Positions 33,587-41,641 are shown, numbered from the stretch's first letter. The stretch: DNA of 44,488 bases from Acidimicrobiales bacterium (GCA_049522375.1 JBEKNX010000001.1:1-44488); one strand, 5' to 3'. The notes: a model not told the origin generated them from the sequence alone. A program made the numbers and translations.

Positions 33587-35362
33587 TCACGCCACCGCAG
33601 GGCCCGAGACGACAAACCACCGCGAGAACCGCGCCCCCGGGCCCAAGATCTCCAGGGCGCCGGCCAGGATCTCCCGCTCCTGTCCGGTGAGCCGGCCCGA
33701 CCGCACGGCTGCCCCCAGGCGCCAGAAGTCCGGGTGGTCCGGCCAGTCTTCAAGGGCCATCCTGACGATTGCCTCCGCCTTGTCCAACTGGCCCCCGGCT
33801 ATGAGCGCCAAGACCATCCAGCGGACTACTCCCGGTGCCTCCTCCTGTCCCGATTTCATGCTCTGCAGGACCCGCAACGCCGGTCCCGGTTGGCCTTTCA
33901 TGATCAAACGCTGAGCTCGTGCCAACCCGTCTTGTGCCTCGGCGGCGATGGGGTACTTTGTCATCACGGGCGACCAGAACCGGGCCCGGCCCGGGTGACC
34001 TGTGCCCCTTCTGGCCACGGTTACCCATTGGGCCTCGATCTGGCCGGCGCCGACGTCTCTTAAGACCGGGAACTGCGCCTCCATTTCGTGGCACCGGGGC
34101 AGGAAGCCCAGGAGGTGGTCCAACTCTTTCGGTTCGATCGTCTTCGCGAGATCGGGATCTATTTCCCACTCACCGGGCTTCGAAGCCGGCGCGACGGTGG
34201 TGGCCGCTAAATCCGCGTAGTAGCGGTGCAGTTCCTGAATGGTTGCCGGCCACGAGAACCGTTGCGCCGTCTGCAAACCGCCGCTCCGGCACCGGGCGCG
34301 TAGCCCGCCGTCGCTCAGCATGGCCTGGATCCCCTCGGCCAGAGCCTTGGGGTCCCGGAGCGGCACAACGAACGAGTTCTCGCCGTGACGGACATACTCG
34401 AGGGCTCCCACGTTGGCGGTCGTGACGACGGGTGTGCCGCACGCCATAGCCTCCAGGGGCGGGAGCGGGAACGACTCGTAATGCGAGGCGCAAACGTAAA
34501 CCGCCGCCTGGCGGTACAGGCAGGCGAGGGCTGGCTGGCTGGGTGAGACAACTACGGTCCCGGCGGGCCGGGCAGGCGGGCGCGGAGTCACCCAGACCAA
34601 TCGGAGCCCGGGGTCGTCGGCTTTCAACAGGTCCCACGCTCTCAGCGCGTCCGCGATCCCCTTGAACTCCTGGCCATCCCAACCGACCAACAGCATGTAC
34701 CGGTCAGCCTCTTTAGTCGCAGGGCGGGCCCCAGGGCAGAACACGTCGAGGTCCACCGCGTTGTGGAACACGTGGGCGCGGATGCCGTAACGGTCGTGAA
34801 GGACCCGAGAGGTCTGCTCACTTACCGTAATGGTACGGTCTGCTGCATCAAGATGGTCCTGTACGAACTGCCGTACGTCGGGGCTCAGCTCCTCGTAAAG
34901 GTGGAAATCGCCCTGCTCGAAGTGGACGACAGGAGCGAGGCCCGTTGCCCTGGCGTCGATAACCTGGTCCCAGTACCCGGCGACTATCACGTCGGTCGGA
35001 GGGATCGCGTCGGACAGGCGCAACCCGAACGGGACACGGACGAAGGGAGCGTCAAGCTGCACCCAGCCCGGGCGGGGCCCGTGGGACACGACCGTGACTT
35101 GGTTACCGATCGCTTGTAAGCGGGAGGCGTGCTCGACCAGCACCCTCGCGCCCCCGCCGACGTCTGTTCGGGGCATTAAGTAGCAGATCCGCACGGGACC
35201 GACCTTTGGTCGGGGGCGTAGTGGGGGCAGGTGGCCGCTGTGCCCCACCATTTCGCGCAGCTCCCCTCCGTTGCGCCCACGGGCGGAGGCGAGCGCTTTA
35301 TCCAGAAGAGAGGGAGTGAAGAGATGACCAAGGCCAGAGGCCCGCCCGGCGGTTCGGTCCAC
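33587..35362 (-). CDS. Glycosyltransferase (GT-B, family 4/1) with C-terminal TPR-like region
   Basis: VRICYLMPRTDVGGGARVLVEHASRL and ESFPLPPLEAMACGTPVVTT indicate GT-B. The C-terminus is helical-repeat (KGQPGPALRVLQSM..., LIAGGQLDKAEAIVRMALEDWPDHPDFW). GTG 35362 is favoured by promoter geometry; the alternative is ATG 35251. Confidence 0.8.
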   Translation of the reverse strand: MDRTAGRASGLGHLFTPSLLDKALASARGRNGGELREMVGHSGHLPPLRPRPKVGPVRICYLMPRTDVGGGARVLVEHASRLQAIGNQVTVVSHGPRPGWVQLDAPFVRVPFGLRLSDAIPPTDVIVAGYWDQVIDARATGLAPVVHFEQGDFHLYEELSPDVRQFVQDHLDAADRTITVSEQTSRVLHDRYGIRAHVFHNAVDLDVFCPGARPATKEADRYMLLVGWDGQEFKGIADALRAWDLLKADDPGLRLVWVTPRPPARPAGTVVVSPSQPALACLYRQAAVYVCASHYESFPLPPLEAMACGTPVVTTANVGALEYVRHGENSFVVPLRDPKALAEGIQAMLSDGGLRARCRSGGLQTAQRFSWPATIQELHRYYADLAATTVAPASKPGEWEIDPDLAKTIEPKELDHLLGFLPRCHEMEAQFPVLRDVGAGQIEAQWVTVARRGTGHPGRARFWSPVMTKYPIAAEAQDGLARAQRLIMKGQPGPALRVLQSMKSGQEEAPGVVRWMVLALIAGGQLDKAEAIVRMALEDWPDHPDFWRLGAAVRSGRLTGQEREILAGALEILGPGARFSRWFVVSGPAVA

Positions 35363-35369
35363 GAGGGTC

Positions 35370-35397
35370 CGATCGGCCGGTCGCTGGCCCTTCTTAG
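35370..35397 (-). promoter_or_regulatory. Sigma-28-type promoter candidate for the GT4-TPR gene (leaderless geometry)
   Basis: The minus strand reads CTAAG-N15-GCCGATCG-N7-GTG(35362). The 8-mer is identical to the fliC one. Confidence 0.5.
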
Positions 35398-35406
35398 TCG
35401 CGCCAG

Positions 35407-35434
35407 CTCAAGTCTGGGCCCGAGCGGACGATCG
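35407..35434 (+). promoter_or_regulatory. Sigma-28-type promoter candidate for the second GT2-TPR gene (leaderless geometry)
   Basis: CTCAA-N15-GACGATCG-N7-ATG(35442). Confidence 0.5.
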
Positions 35435-35441
35435 GGATTGC

Positions 35442-37172
35442 ATGAGCCCCGTCGCGGACCGAGGACGGAAGGGCCGGCCACGACCCGCTAAGCGCCTATG
35501 CCGGGGCGGGGCCGCCGCCTCCGGCAGCAGGGCCGGGATCCTTATTTCCGCCTGCCTGATCGTAAAGGACGAGGAAGAGGCTTTGCCTTTATGCCTGGCC
35601 TCCTTGGACCGGTTGGTGGACGAGGTCGTTGTCTATGACACCGGGTCTACCGACGCCACCGTGGAATTGTCCCGGCAAGCCGGTGCCAGGGTCATCGAGG
35701 GCTACTGGGACGACGATTTCGGACGCGCCCGCAACGCCAGCCTTGAGCATTGCCGGGGCGAATGGATCCTGTGGATAGACGCCGACGAGCGTTTCGTATG
35801 CCCCGACGCCCGGGAGCTCCGGGGAGCTCTCCCCCTGCTCAAAGGCGTCGACGCCCTCCTTGTCGCCATCTCCAACTTCGGTGGGGACGGAACGGCCGTG
35901 TCCGGTGCGCACCGAGCCTTCCGCCTGTTCCGTAAAGCCACCTGCCAGTGGTACGGCGCCCTTCACGAGCAGGTCGACCTGCGCCCGGGCTTTAACCGTG
36001 AGGTGATCGCCAGCCCCCTAAAGGGTGCGCACATAGAGCACTACGGGTACTTGGACGAGGTCGTAAAAGAGCGGGACAAGTCGTCACGGAACCTTCGCAT
36101 AGCCGAGGCCGCGGTGGCGAGGGGCACGGCAAGACGTGGCGAGGAAGGTATGCACGAGCTCAATCTGGCCCGGGCCCTGGCCGCCATGGGCAAGATCGAG
36201 GAGGCGCAGCCCCATTTCGACAAAGCGGTGGCGACCGCCCACGACGGCCTCCCCCTGCGAGCCTGCCTCTTGTATGGTGCGCAAAACCTTGTGGCGCTGG
36301 GACGCCTGGAGGAAGCGGTGGCGGCCGCCCAGCGCCTCCAGGAGATGTGTGAACAAAAAGACCTGGCCTACTATATAGAAGGGACGGCGCACCGGCGCCT
36401 GGGTCGACCAGGACCAGCCGTCGCCCTTTTCGACCGGGTCAGCGAGCTCGCTAACGAAGACGGCTTCAGGTTCCCGCTTTTCATGCTGCACGCCGAGCGA
36501 GCCGGCGCCCTTCTGGAGGCGGGCCGGGCGGCGGAGGCGGCAGACGAACTCGTGGTCTTGGTGGAACAGAACCCGGACGTCCAGCACATCACCGCTGCCC
36601 TCAAGGCCTTTACCGTAGCCGGGAAGTCGATAGATTCCCTCGTCGCGGCGATGCCCGCCGACCGCCTCGAAAGAGTGGGCGCCGCGCTTACGCTGGTGCC
36701 GCCGGAGGTGGCAGACCAGATGGCGGAGGCCCTGTGGGTGCGCTTCGGCACCCGGCCCCAACTGCTGGCCGCCTCTATACGCTTCGCTCCCCGGCTCGGC
36801 GCGTCCCGGGCACTGGAGTGGTCAGTGCGACTGCGCTCGATCGGCATGGCCGCCTGCTGCCCGCTCCTGGCCCGGGCCACCCTCGACGAGGTGGCCGCAG
36901 CTGAACGGGTCCGGGCCGGCGTCACCGCCCACGCCGCCTTTGCCGACCCGAAAGGGGCCGAGCTTGCCCTGGCCGCGGTCAGCCTGGTTGCCGCCGAGGA
37001 GCTCGAAGCCGTCCTGTCCGAAGTCGCCTTGATGGACCCACCTCTTCTTGGCGAATTCGCTGCCGCCGCGGGCAGGAGCGACCGGGAAATGAGCGCGCAA
37101 GTCGAGAATGGCGCATTGTCGGAAGACGGGGTACCCGCTCCTCAACTGGCCTCTCTCGGTGCCGATCGCTAA
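35442..37172 (+). CDS. Glycosyltransferase family 2 with long C-terminal TPR region (GmaR-like architecture)
   Basis: ISACLIVKDEEEALPLCLASLDRLVDEVVVYDTGSTDAT and WIDADERF (DxD) indicate GT-A. About 350 aa of helical/TPR-like repeats follow. Lies immediately upstream of fliC. Confidence 0.8.
   Translation: MSPVADRGRKGRPRPAKRLCRGGAAASGSRAGILISACLIVKDEEEALPLCLASLDRLVDEVVVYDTGSTDATVELSRQAGARVIEGYWDDDFGRARNASLEHCRGEWILWIDADERFVCPDARELRGALPLLKGVDALLVAISNFGGDGTAVSGAHRAFRLFRKATCQWYGALHEQVDLRPGFNREVIASPLKGAHIEHYGYLDEVVKERDKSSRNLRIAEAAVARGTARRGEEGMHELNLARALAAMGKIEEAQPHFDKAVATAHDGLPLRACLLYGAQNLVALGRLEEAVAAAQRLQEMCEQKDLAYYIEGTAHRRLGRPGPAVALFDRVSELANEDGFRFPLFMLHAERAGALLEAGRAAEAADELVVLVEQNPDVQHITAALKAFTVAGKSIDSLVAAMPADRLERVGAALTLVPPEVADQMAEALWVRFGTRPQLLAASIRFAPRLGASRALEWSVRLRSIGMAACCPLLARATLDEVAAAERVRAGVTAHAAFADPKGAELALAAVSLVAAEELEAVLSEVALMDPPLLGEFAAAAGRSDREMSAQVENGALSEDGVPAPQLASLGADR
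37141..37168 (+). promoter_or_regulatory. Sigma-28-type promoter candidate for fliC
   Basis: CTCAA-N15-GCCGATCG, inside the last codons of the upstream GT gene. The predicted TSS near 37176 gives a roughly 69-nt leader. Confidence 0.5.
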
Positions 37173-37201
37173 AACGTCCCGACAATGGGACCTACAACAC
37201 A

Positions 37202-37241
37202 GGGGCGCTCACGGATGGGCCCCTTCTGACCCCATGGAGGA
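37202..37241 (+). promoter_or_regulatory. Putative CsrA binding sites in the fliC leader (hairpin-loop GGA plus SD-overlapping GGA)
   Basis: The stem ggggc (37202-37206) / gcccc (37219-37223) presents a gctcACGGAtgg loop with GGA at 37213-37215. A second GGA at 37236-37238 lies inside the ATGGAGGA Shine-Dalgarno, 4 nt before ATG 37245. Confidence 0.5.
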
Positions 37242-37244
37242 AAA

Positions 37245-38066
37245 ATGGGTCTCGATATCGTAACCAACATAATGGCGCAGGACGCCTCGAACAGCCTCTC
37301 GATCAACGAGGCGAATATGCAGAACAGCGTGCAGAAGCTGTCTTCTGGCTACCAGATCAACAAGGCCGCCGACGACGCGTCTGGCCTCGTCATCAGCCAG
37401 CACCTGCAGTCCCAGATCGGTGGCTTCCAGCAGGCGCAAGCCAACACCCAGAGCGCCATCAACGTCGTCCAGACGGCCGACGGCGCCCTGAACGAGGTCG
37501 GCACCATCCTGCAGCGCATCAACACCCTGACCGTCGAATCCCAGAACACCACGGCTACTGACGCCACCGCCCAGACGGCGGCGCAGGACGAGGTCAACGC
37601 CTCGCTGCAGTCGCTCAACGACATCGCCAATACGACCGTCTATGGCAACAATCAGCTGCTGACCGCCAGCGGCGGCGTGGTGACCTTCGCCTTCCAGGTC
37701 GGCGCCGACGAATCGGGCTACAGCCAGCTCAGCTTCACCTTTGGTGCTCTTTCGGTGAGCGGTCTCTCGCTAACCGGCTTCTCAGTGACCAGTGCGACAG
37801 CCCTTACTAGTGTTCAGACCGCCATCGACAACGTCTCCGGCCTCAGAGGCACGCTCGGCGCCTACCAGAACGAGCTGCAGCACATCTCGGACAACGAAGG
37901 CGTCATGGTCCAGAACCTGCAAGCCTCCAACGCCCAGATCGAAGACACCAACATGGCGTCGGAGATGTCCAACTTCACCCAGGACCAGGTCCTCGTGCAA
38001 GCAGGTGTGTCCATGCTGGCACAGGCCAACCAGATACCCGATTACGTGCTCAAGCTGCTCGGCTAA
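37245..38066 (+). CDS. fliC: Flagellin
   Basis: 273 aa. N-terminal NSVQKLSSGYQINKAADDASGLVISQ and C-terminal MSNFTQDQVLVQAGVSMLAQANQIPDYVLKLLG are the conserved flagellin D0/D1 termini. The central region is short and Ser/Thr-rich. Confidence 0.95.
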   Translation: MGLDIVTNIMAQDASNSLSINEANMQNSVQKLSSGYQINKAADDASGLVISQHLQSQIGGFQQAQANTQSAINVVQTADGALNEVGTILQRINTLTVESQNTTATDATAQTAAQDEVNASLQSLNDIANTTVYGNNQLLTASGGVVTFAFQVGADESGYSQLSFTFGALSVSGLSLTGFSVTSATALTSVQTAIDNVSGLRGTLGAYQNELQHISDNEGVMVQNLQASNAQIEDTNMASEMSNFTQDQVLVQAGVSMLAQANQIPDYVLKLLG

Positions 38067-38097
38067 CGCCTGAGTGGTCCCATATCCAAGGTCAACC

Positions 38098-38131
38098 GGC
38101 GGCCGGCCATCACAGGGGGCTGGCCGCCTTT
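38098..38131 (+). terminator. Candidate intrinsic terminator after fliC
   Basis: ggcggccgg (38098-38106) pairs with ctggccgcc (38120-38128; one G-U) around a 13-nt loop and is followed by TTT. Confidence 0.4.
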
Positions 38132-38187
38132 GGCCTGAAAACGCTCAGGGGCGCAAGCCACCCCGGCCCTGATGAGAGGAGCTATCA

Positions 38188-40779
38188 ATGTCGGTCAGCA
38201 GCAGTGGCTCGACCTCACAAGAGCTCGGTTACCTCAACACGGCGCAATCGCTGGCCACGCTCATGGGCACCAGTGACACCGCCTACAGCGCCGGCGGCCC
38301 CCCCCTCACCCTGAGCGGCCTCGCCTCGGGCCTCGACACAGCCCAGATCGTGGCCGACCTCATGCAGGCGAACGAGCAACCCCAGGTACAGCTCCAAGAC
38401 CAGCTCAACCAGGCTTCCGCCGTTATGGCCGCGTACCAGAACATCTCTACCGACGTAGCTACACTTCAGTCGGCGGCGGACACCCTGGAGTCCCCCTCGG
38501 GGTGGCAGGCCTGGATCCCCAACTCCTCGACAAACGACGCCACGGCCACGGTGGGCCCGGGCGCCACCGGCGGATCCATCACCTTTAGCGTCGACTCCCT
38601 GGCCCAGGCCGAATCAGAGATCTCGTCCGGCAGCGTCAGCTCGCAAACAGCGCAGATAACCAGCGGCCCCCTGCTGGTGGCGGTGGGCGGCGGGCGCCTG
38701 GGCATCGGCACCCTCGCCTCTTCGAACCTGTCCGCCGGTAACCACACGATCGCCGTCACTCAAGCGTCGGCAGGGGCCTCGCTCGCAGCCACGGTGGCAC
38801 CCGCCGCTTCCACCACGATTACTGCCGGCAGCAACGACACTCTGACCTACGACCTGGACGGCACGCCCGAGTCTCTCACCATCCCGGCCGGGACCTACAC
38901 GCCGACCACCCTGGCCGCGGCCGTGCAGACCGCCTCAGGAGGCCAGCTCACGGCCTCGGTCAACTCCTCGGGCGACGTCGTGCTCAACACCGTCGCCCAG
39001 GGCAGCGGCACGTCCCTGCAGATCACCGGCGGCGACGCGGCCGCCGCGCTCAGGTTTTCGGCCACCCCGAGCATCACCGCTACGGGCACCGACGGGATCG
39101 TGACGGTCGACGGGGTCGCCAATGACCTCACCAACTTTTCTCCCGGCCAGGCCGTGACCCTCAACGGGCCGAGCGGCGCCACGGTTTCCGCCACCTTCAC
39201 CGGGCCGCTGACAGTCGGCTCGCTGACCGCGGCCGAGGTGAACACGGGCAATGGCAGCCTGCAGTCGGTCGTGAGCGCCATAAACGGTGCCGGGCTAGGC
39301 ATATCGGCCAGCGCGGTGACCACCGGCGCCAACGAGTACCGCCTTTCCCTCCAGTCGACTTCGTCGGGCGCCGCCAACACGCTGAACATCGCCACCGATG
39401 CGTTCTCGGGGGTCGGTGCCCTGACCACGGTCACGGCGGCCGCCGACGCCGCCATTACGGTAGGCAACGGCCCGGGCGCCTTCCAGGTGACCAATAGCTC
39501 CAACAGCATCACCGGGTTGATGCCCGGGGTTACCCTCGACCTGCTCCAGGCCGACCCCGGTACTCAGACGACGGTCTCACTGCAACCCGATGGGCAGACG
39601 ATGGCCACGACGGTGCAGAGCCTGGTAACGGCGGCCAACCAGTTGATCACCGACCTTAATACGGCCACCGCGTACGCGCCGTCCAGTTCCTCGCCGGACA
39701 GCTCATCGAGCTCCGGCACGGCTGGCCCGCTGCTTGGCGACCCCACCGCCGAGGGCCTGCTCGACTCCGTGCTCTCCGCCATCGGCGACCAGGCCGGGGT
39801 CAACAGCACGGGCTCGTCGGGCCTGGTGGGCATAACCATGAACGAGGACGGGACCTTGAGCTTCGACAGCAACGCCTTCGCGAAGGCTTACGACGCCAAC
39901 CCCACTCAGGTCGCCAACACCTTCATTACCGGCGGCTCCAGCTCCAGTCCGCTCATGTCCTTCTATGAGTCCACCGACGCCACCGCCACCGGGGACTACC
40001 AGGTGGACGTGACCCAGGCTGGCACCCAAGCCACCGACACGGGGGCGGCGGTGGCGGGTGGGGCGGTGAGCACGCCCGAGACGCTCACCGTCGCCTCAGG
40101 CAGTGTCAGCGCTAGCTACACCACGACCGCCGGGGAGTCCCTCGACGACGTCGCCGCCGGTCTCAACCAGGCGTTCTCCGCCCAGAACCTTGCCGTCAAC
40201 GCCGCCGTGCTAAACGGCGCCCTGGTGCTGAACAGCATGGCTTATGGCTCGGCGTCGTCCTTTACTGTCACCTCGACCGCTTCCGGTGCTGGGACGACCG
40301 GCCTCACCTCGGCCACGGGCACGCCGCAGACGTTCACCGGTACCGACGTCCAGGGCACGATCAACGGCCAGGCGGCCACCGGAACGGGCCAGCTCCTCCT
40401 GGGAGCCGCCAACAGTTCGGCCCAAAACCTGCTCGTGCTCGTGAACGCCACGCCTGCCCAGCTGGCGTCCAGCGGGGGCACGGCCAGCGGCACCATCAGC
40501 TATCAGCCCGGGATCGCCCAGGCTCTGGCCACCGCCGCCTACGCCGCCGGCAACCCCGGCACGGGGACGCTGACCAACGCCATCAGCGGCGAACAGAGCC
40601 AGATGAGCGACCTCTCGACCCAGATCTCGGACTGGAACCCCATACTCCAGGAGAAGCAGACCCAGCTCGAAAACCAGTACAACGCCATGGAAACCACCCT
40701 GGCAGCGCTCAAGACCACCCAGAACGCACTAACCGAGTACTTCAACCAAGCCTCCAACAGCTCGAGTAGCTCAGGCTGA
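38188..40779 (+). CDS. fliD: Flagellar filament cap protein FliD (unusually long)
   Basis: 863 aa. N-terminal LSGLASGLDTAQIVADLMQANEQPQVQLQDQ and C-terminal QISDWNPILQEKQTQLENQYNAMETTLAALKTTQNAL are FliD N/C domains. The central region, about 600 aa, is rich in Ser/Thr/Gly/Ala. Confidence 0.9.
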   Translation: MSVSSSGSTSQELGYLNTAQSLATLMGTSDTAYSAGGPPLTLSGLASGLDTAQIVADLMQANEQPQVQLQDQLNQASAVMAAYQNISTDVATLQSAADTLESPSGWQAWIPNSSTNDATATVGPGATGGSITFSVDSLAQAESEISSGSVSSQTAQITSGPLLVAVGGGRLGIGTLASSNLSAGNHTIAVTQASAGASLAATVAPAASTTITAGSNDTLTYDLDGTPESLTIPAGTYTPTTLAAAVQTASGGQLTASVNSSGDVVLNTVAQGSGTSLQITGGDAAAALRFSATPSITATGTDGIVTVDGVANDLTNFSPGQAVTLNGPSGATVSATFTGPLTVGSLTAAEVNTGNGSLQSVVSAINGAGLGISASAVTTGANEYRLSLQSTSSGAANTLNIATDAFSGVGALTTVTAAADAAITVGNGPGAFQVTNSSNSITGLMPGVTLDLLQADPGTQTTVSLQPDGQTMATTVQSLVTAANQLITDLNTATAYAPSSSSPDSSSSSGTAGPLLGDPTAEGLLDSVLSAIGDQAGVNSTGSSGLVGITMNEDGTLSFDSNAFAKAYDANPTQVANTFITGGSSSSPLMSFYESTDATATGDYQVDVTQAGTQATDTGAAVAGGAVSTPETLTVASGSVSASYTTTAGESLDDVAAGLNQAFSAQNLAVNAAVLNGALVLNSMAYGSASSFTVTSTASGAGTTGLTSATGTPQTFTGTDVQGTINGQAATGTGQLLLGAANSSAQNLLVLVNATPAQLASSGGTASGTISYQPGIAQALATAAYAAGNPGTGTLTNAISGEQSQMSDLSTQISDWNPILQEKQTQLENQYNAMETTLAALKTTQNALTEYFNQASNSSSSSG

Positions 40780-40803
40780 CGCCGGAAGACCAGGAGAACC
40801 CCG

Positions 40804-41226
40804 ATGCCCCCCACCCGTGCCCGCAGCACCTACCTCGCCAACGCCGTCGCCGGCGCGCCCCGTGAACGGCTCTTGACGATGCTCTACGACGCCCTCCTCA
40901 ACAACATCGTGGTGGCCGAAGATGCCATGGAACGCAAGGACTTCTACACCCTCAACGAGCGTTTGCTGCGGGCCGAGGAGATAGTCCTGGTGCTGCGCGG
41001 CTCCTTGAAGCCCGAGATCTGGTCCGGGGGCCCGGCGCTCATGTCCCTGTACAACTACGTGTACAAGCTGCTGGTGCGGGGCAACACCCACAAGGATGCC
41101 CGTGCCCTGTCCGATGCCCGCAAGGTGCTGGAGCCCCTCCAGGCCGCATGGCATGTTGCCGCCGACCAGGTCCTGGCCGAGAGGGCCGGGGCCCCTCAGC
41201 GGGCGGGGGCCGCGCTCAGTGCGTGA
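40804..41226 (+). CDS. fliS: Flagellin-specific export chaperone FliS
   Basis: 140 aa. RERLLTMLYDALLNNIVVAEDAME and GGPALMSLYNYVYKLLVRGN match the FliS four-helix pattern. Confidence 0.85.
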   Translation: MPPTRARSTYLANAVAGAPRERLLTMLYDALLNNIVVAEDAMERKDFYTLNERLLRAEEIVLVLRGSLKPEIWSGGPALMSLYNYVYKLLVRGNTHKDARALSDARKVLEPLQAAWHVAADQVLAERAGAPQRAGAALSA

Positions 41227-41545
41227 GGTAGAGCTAAAGGCCGAGGCCCGACTGGCCCTACTGGAAAGGCGGGTGGCAGCTCAAGCTGCGGCACTGGCAC
41301 GCGTACCTCTTAACATGAAGGTCCCCCCCGGAGTCATCGCCCTCCTGGCTACGGCGTCCGGTGAACTGGACGTACTACAACTCCCCCCGCGGTGCCACCC
41401 GCATCTGGTCGCCCTTATCGACCAACTGCAGGCGCTCATTGAGAACGTAAGCCTGCGTCAACAAGAACTGGGCGGGCGTCTGATGACCGTGCGCGCCGCC
41501 CGGCGGGCGGGCCCAGCCGCGCACCTGGTCGACTACCGGAGCTGA
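41219..41545 (+). CDS. Hypothetical helical protein in the FliT position
   Basis: 108 aa starting at GTG 41219, which overlaps the fliS end by 8 nt. Predicted helical (LKAEARLALLERRVAAQAAAL..., LVALIDQLQALIENVSLRQQEL). The functional label is by position and size only (fliD-fliS-fliT order in Bacillus). Confidence 0.4.
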   Translation: MREVELKAEARLALLERRVAAQAAALARVPLNMKVPPGVIALLATASGELDVLQLPPRCHPHLVALIDQLQALIENVSLRQQELGGRLMTVRAARRAGPAAHLVDYRS

Positions 41546-41613
41546 TCAGCGGCCTGCAGAGGCGCCCTTAGGCGGCAGAAAAATCGGTAATTGCCACAAT
41601 AGGTGGCCCCGAA

Positions 41614-41641
41614 CTCACATTGGCCCGAGTGCGGCCGATGG
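41614..41641 (+). promoter_or_regulatory. Sigma-28-type promoter candidate upstream of flgB-flgC-fliE-fliF
   Basis: CTCAC-N15-GCCGATGG. The predicted TSS near 41649 gives a roughly 105-nt leader before ATG 41754. Confidence 0.4.

Noticed and set aside
37170-37198. Alternative fliC promoter TAAA-N16/17-CCTACAAC, starting at the stop codon of the upstream GT gene.
   Set aside because: The -10 part matches only about 5/8 and lacks the CGAT core. The CTCAA-N15-GCCGATCG element 30 nt upstream fits the locus-wide motif far better.
38143-38180. CTCAG...CCCTGATGA upstream of fliD, considered as an eighth sigma-28 promoter.
   Set aside because: The spacing is about 19 nt rather than 15, the CGAT core is interrupted, and the predicted TSS would remove the strong GAGAGGAG Shine-Dalgarno of fliD. 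fliD may instead be read through from fliC or use another promoter.
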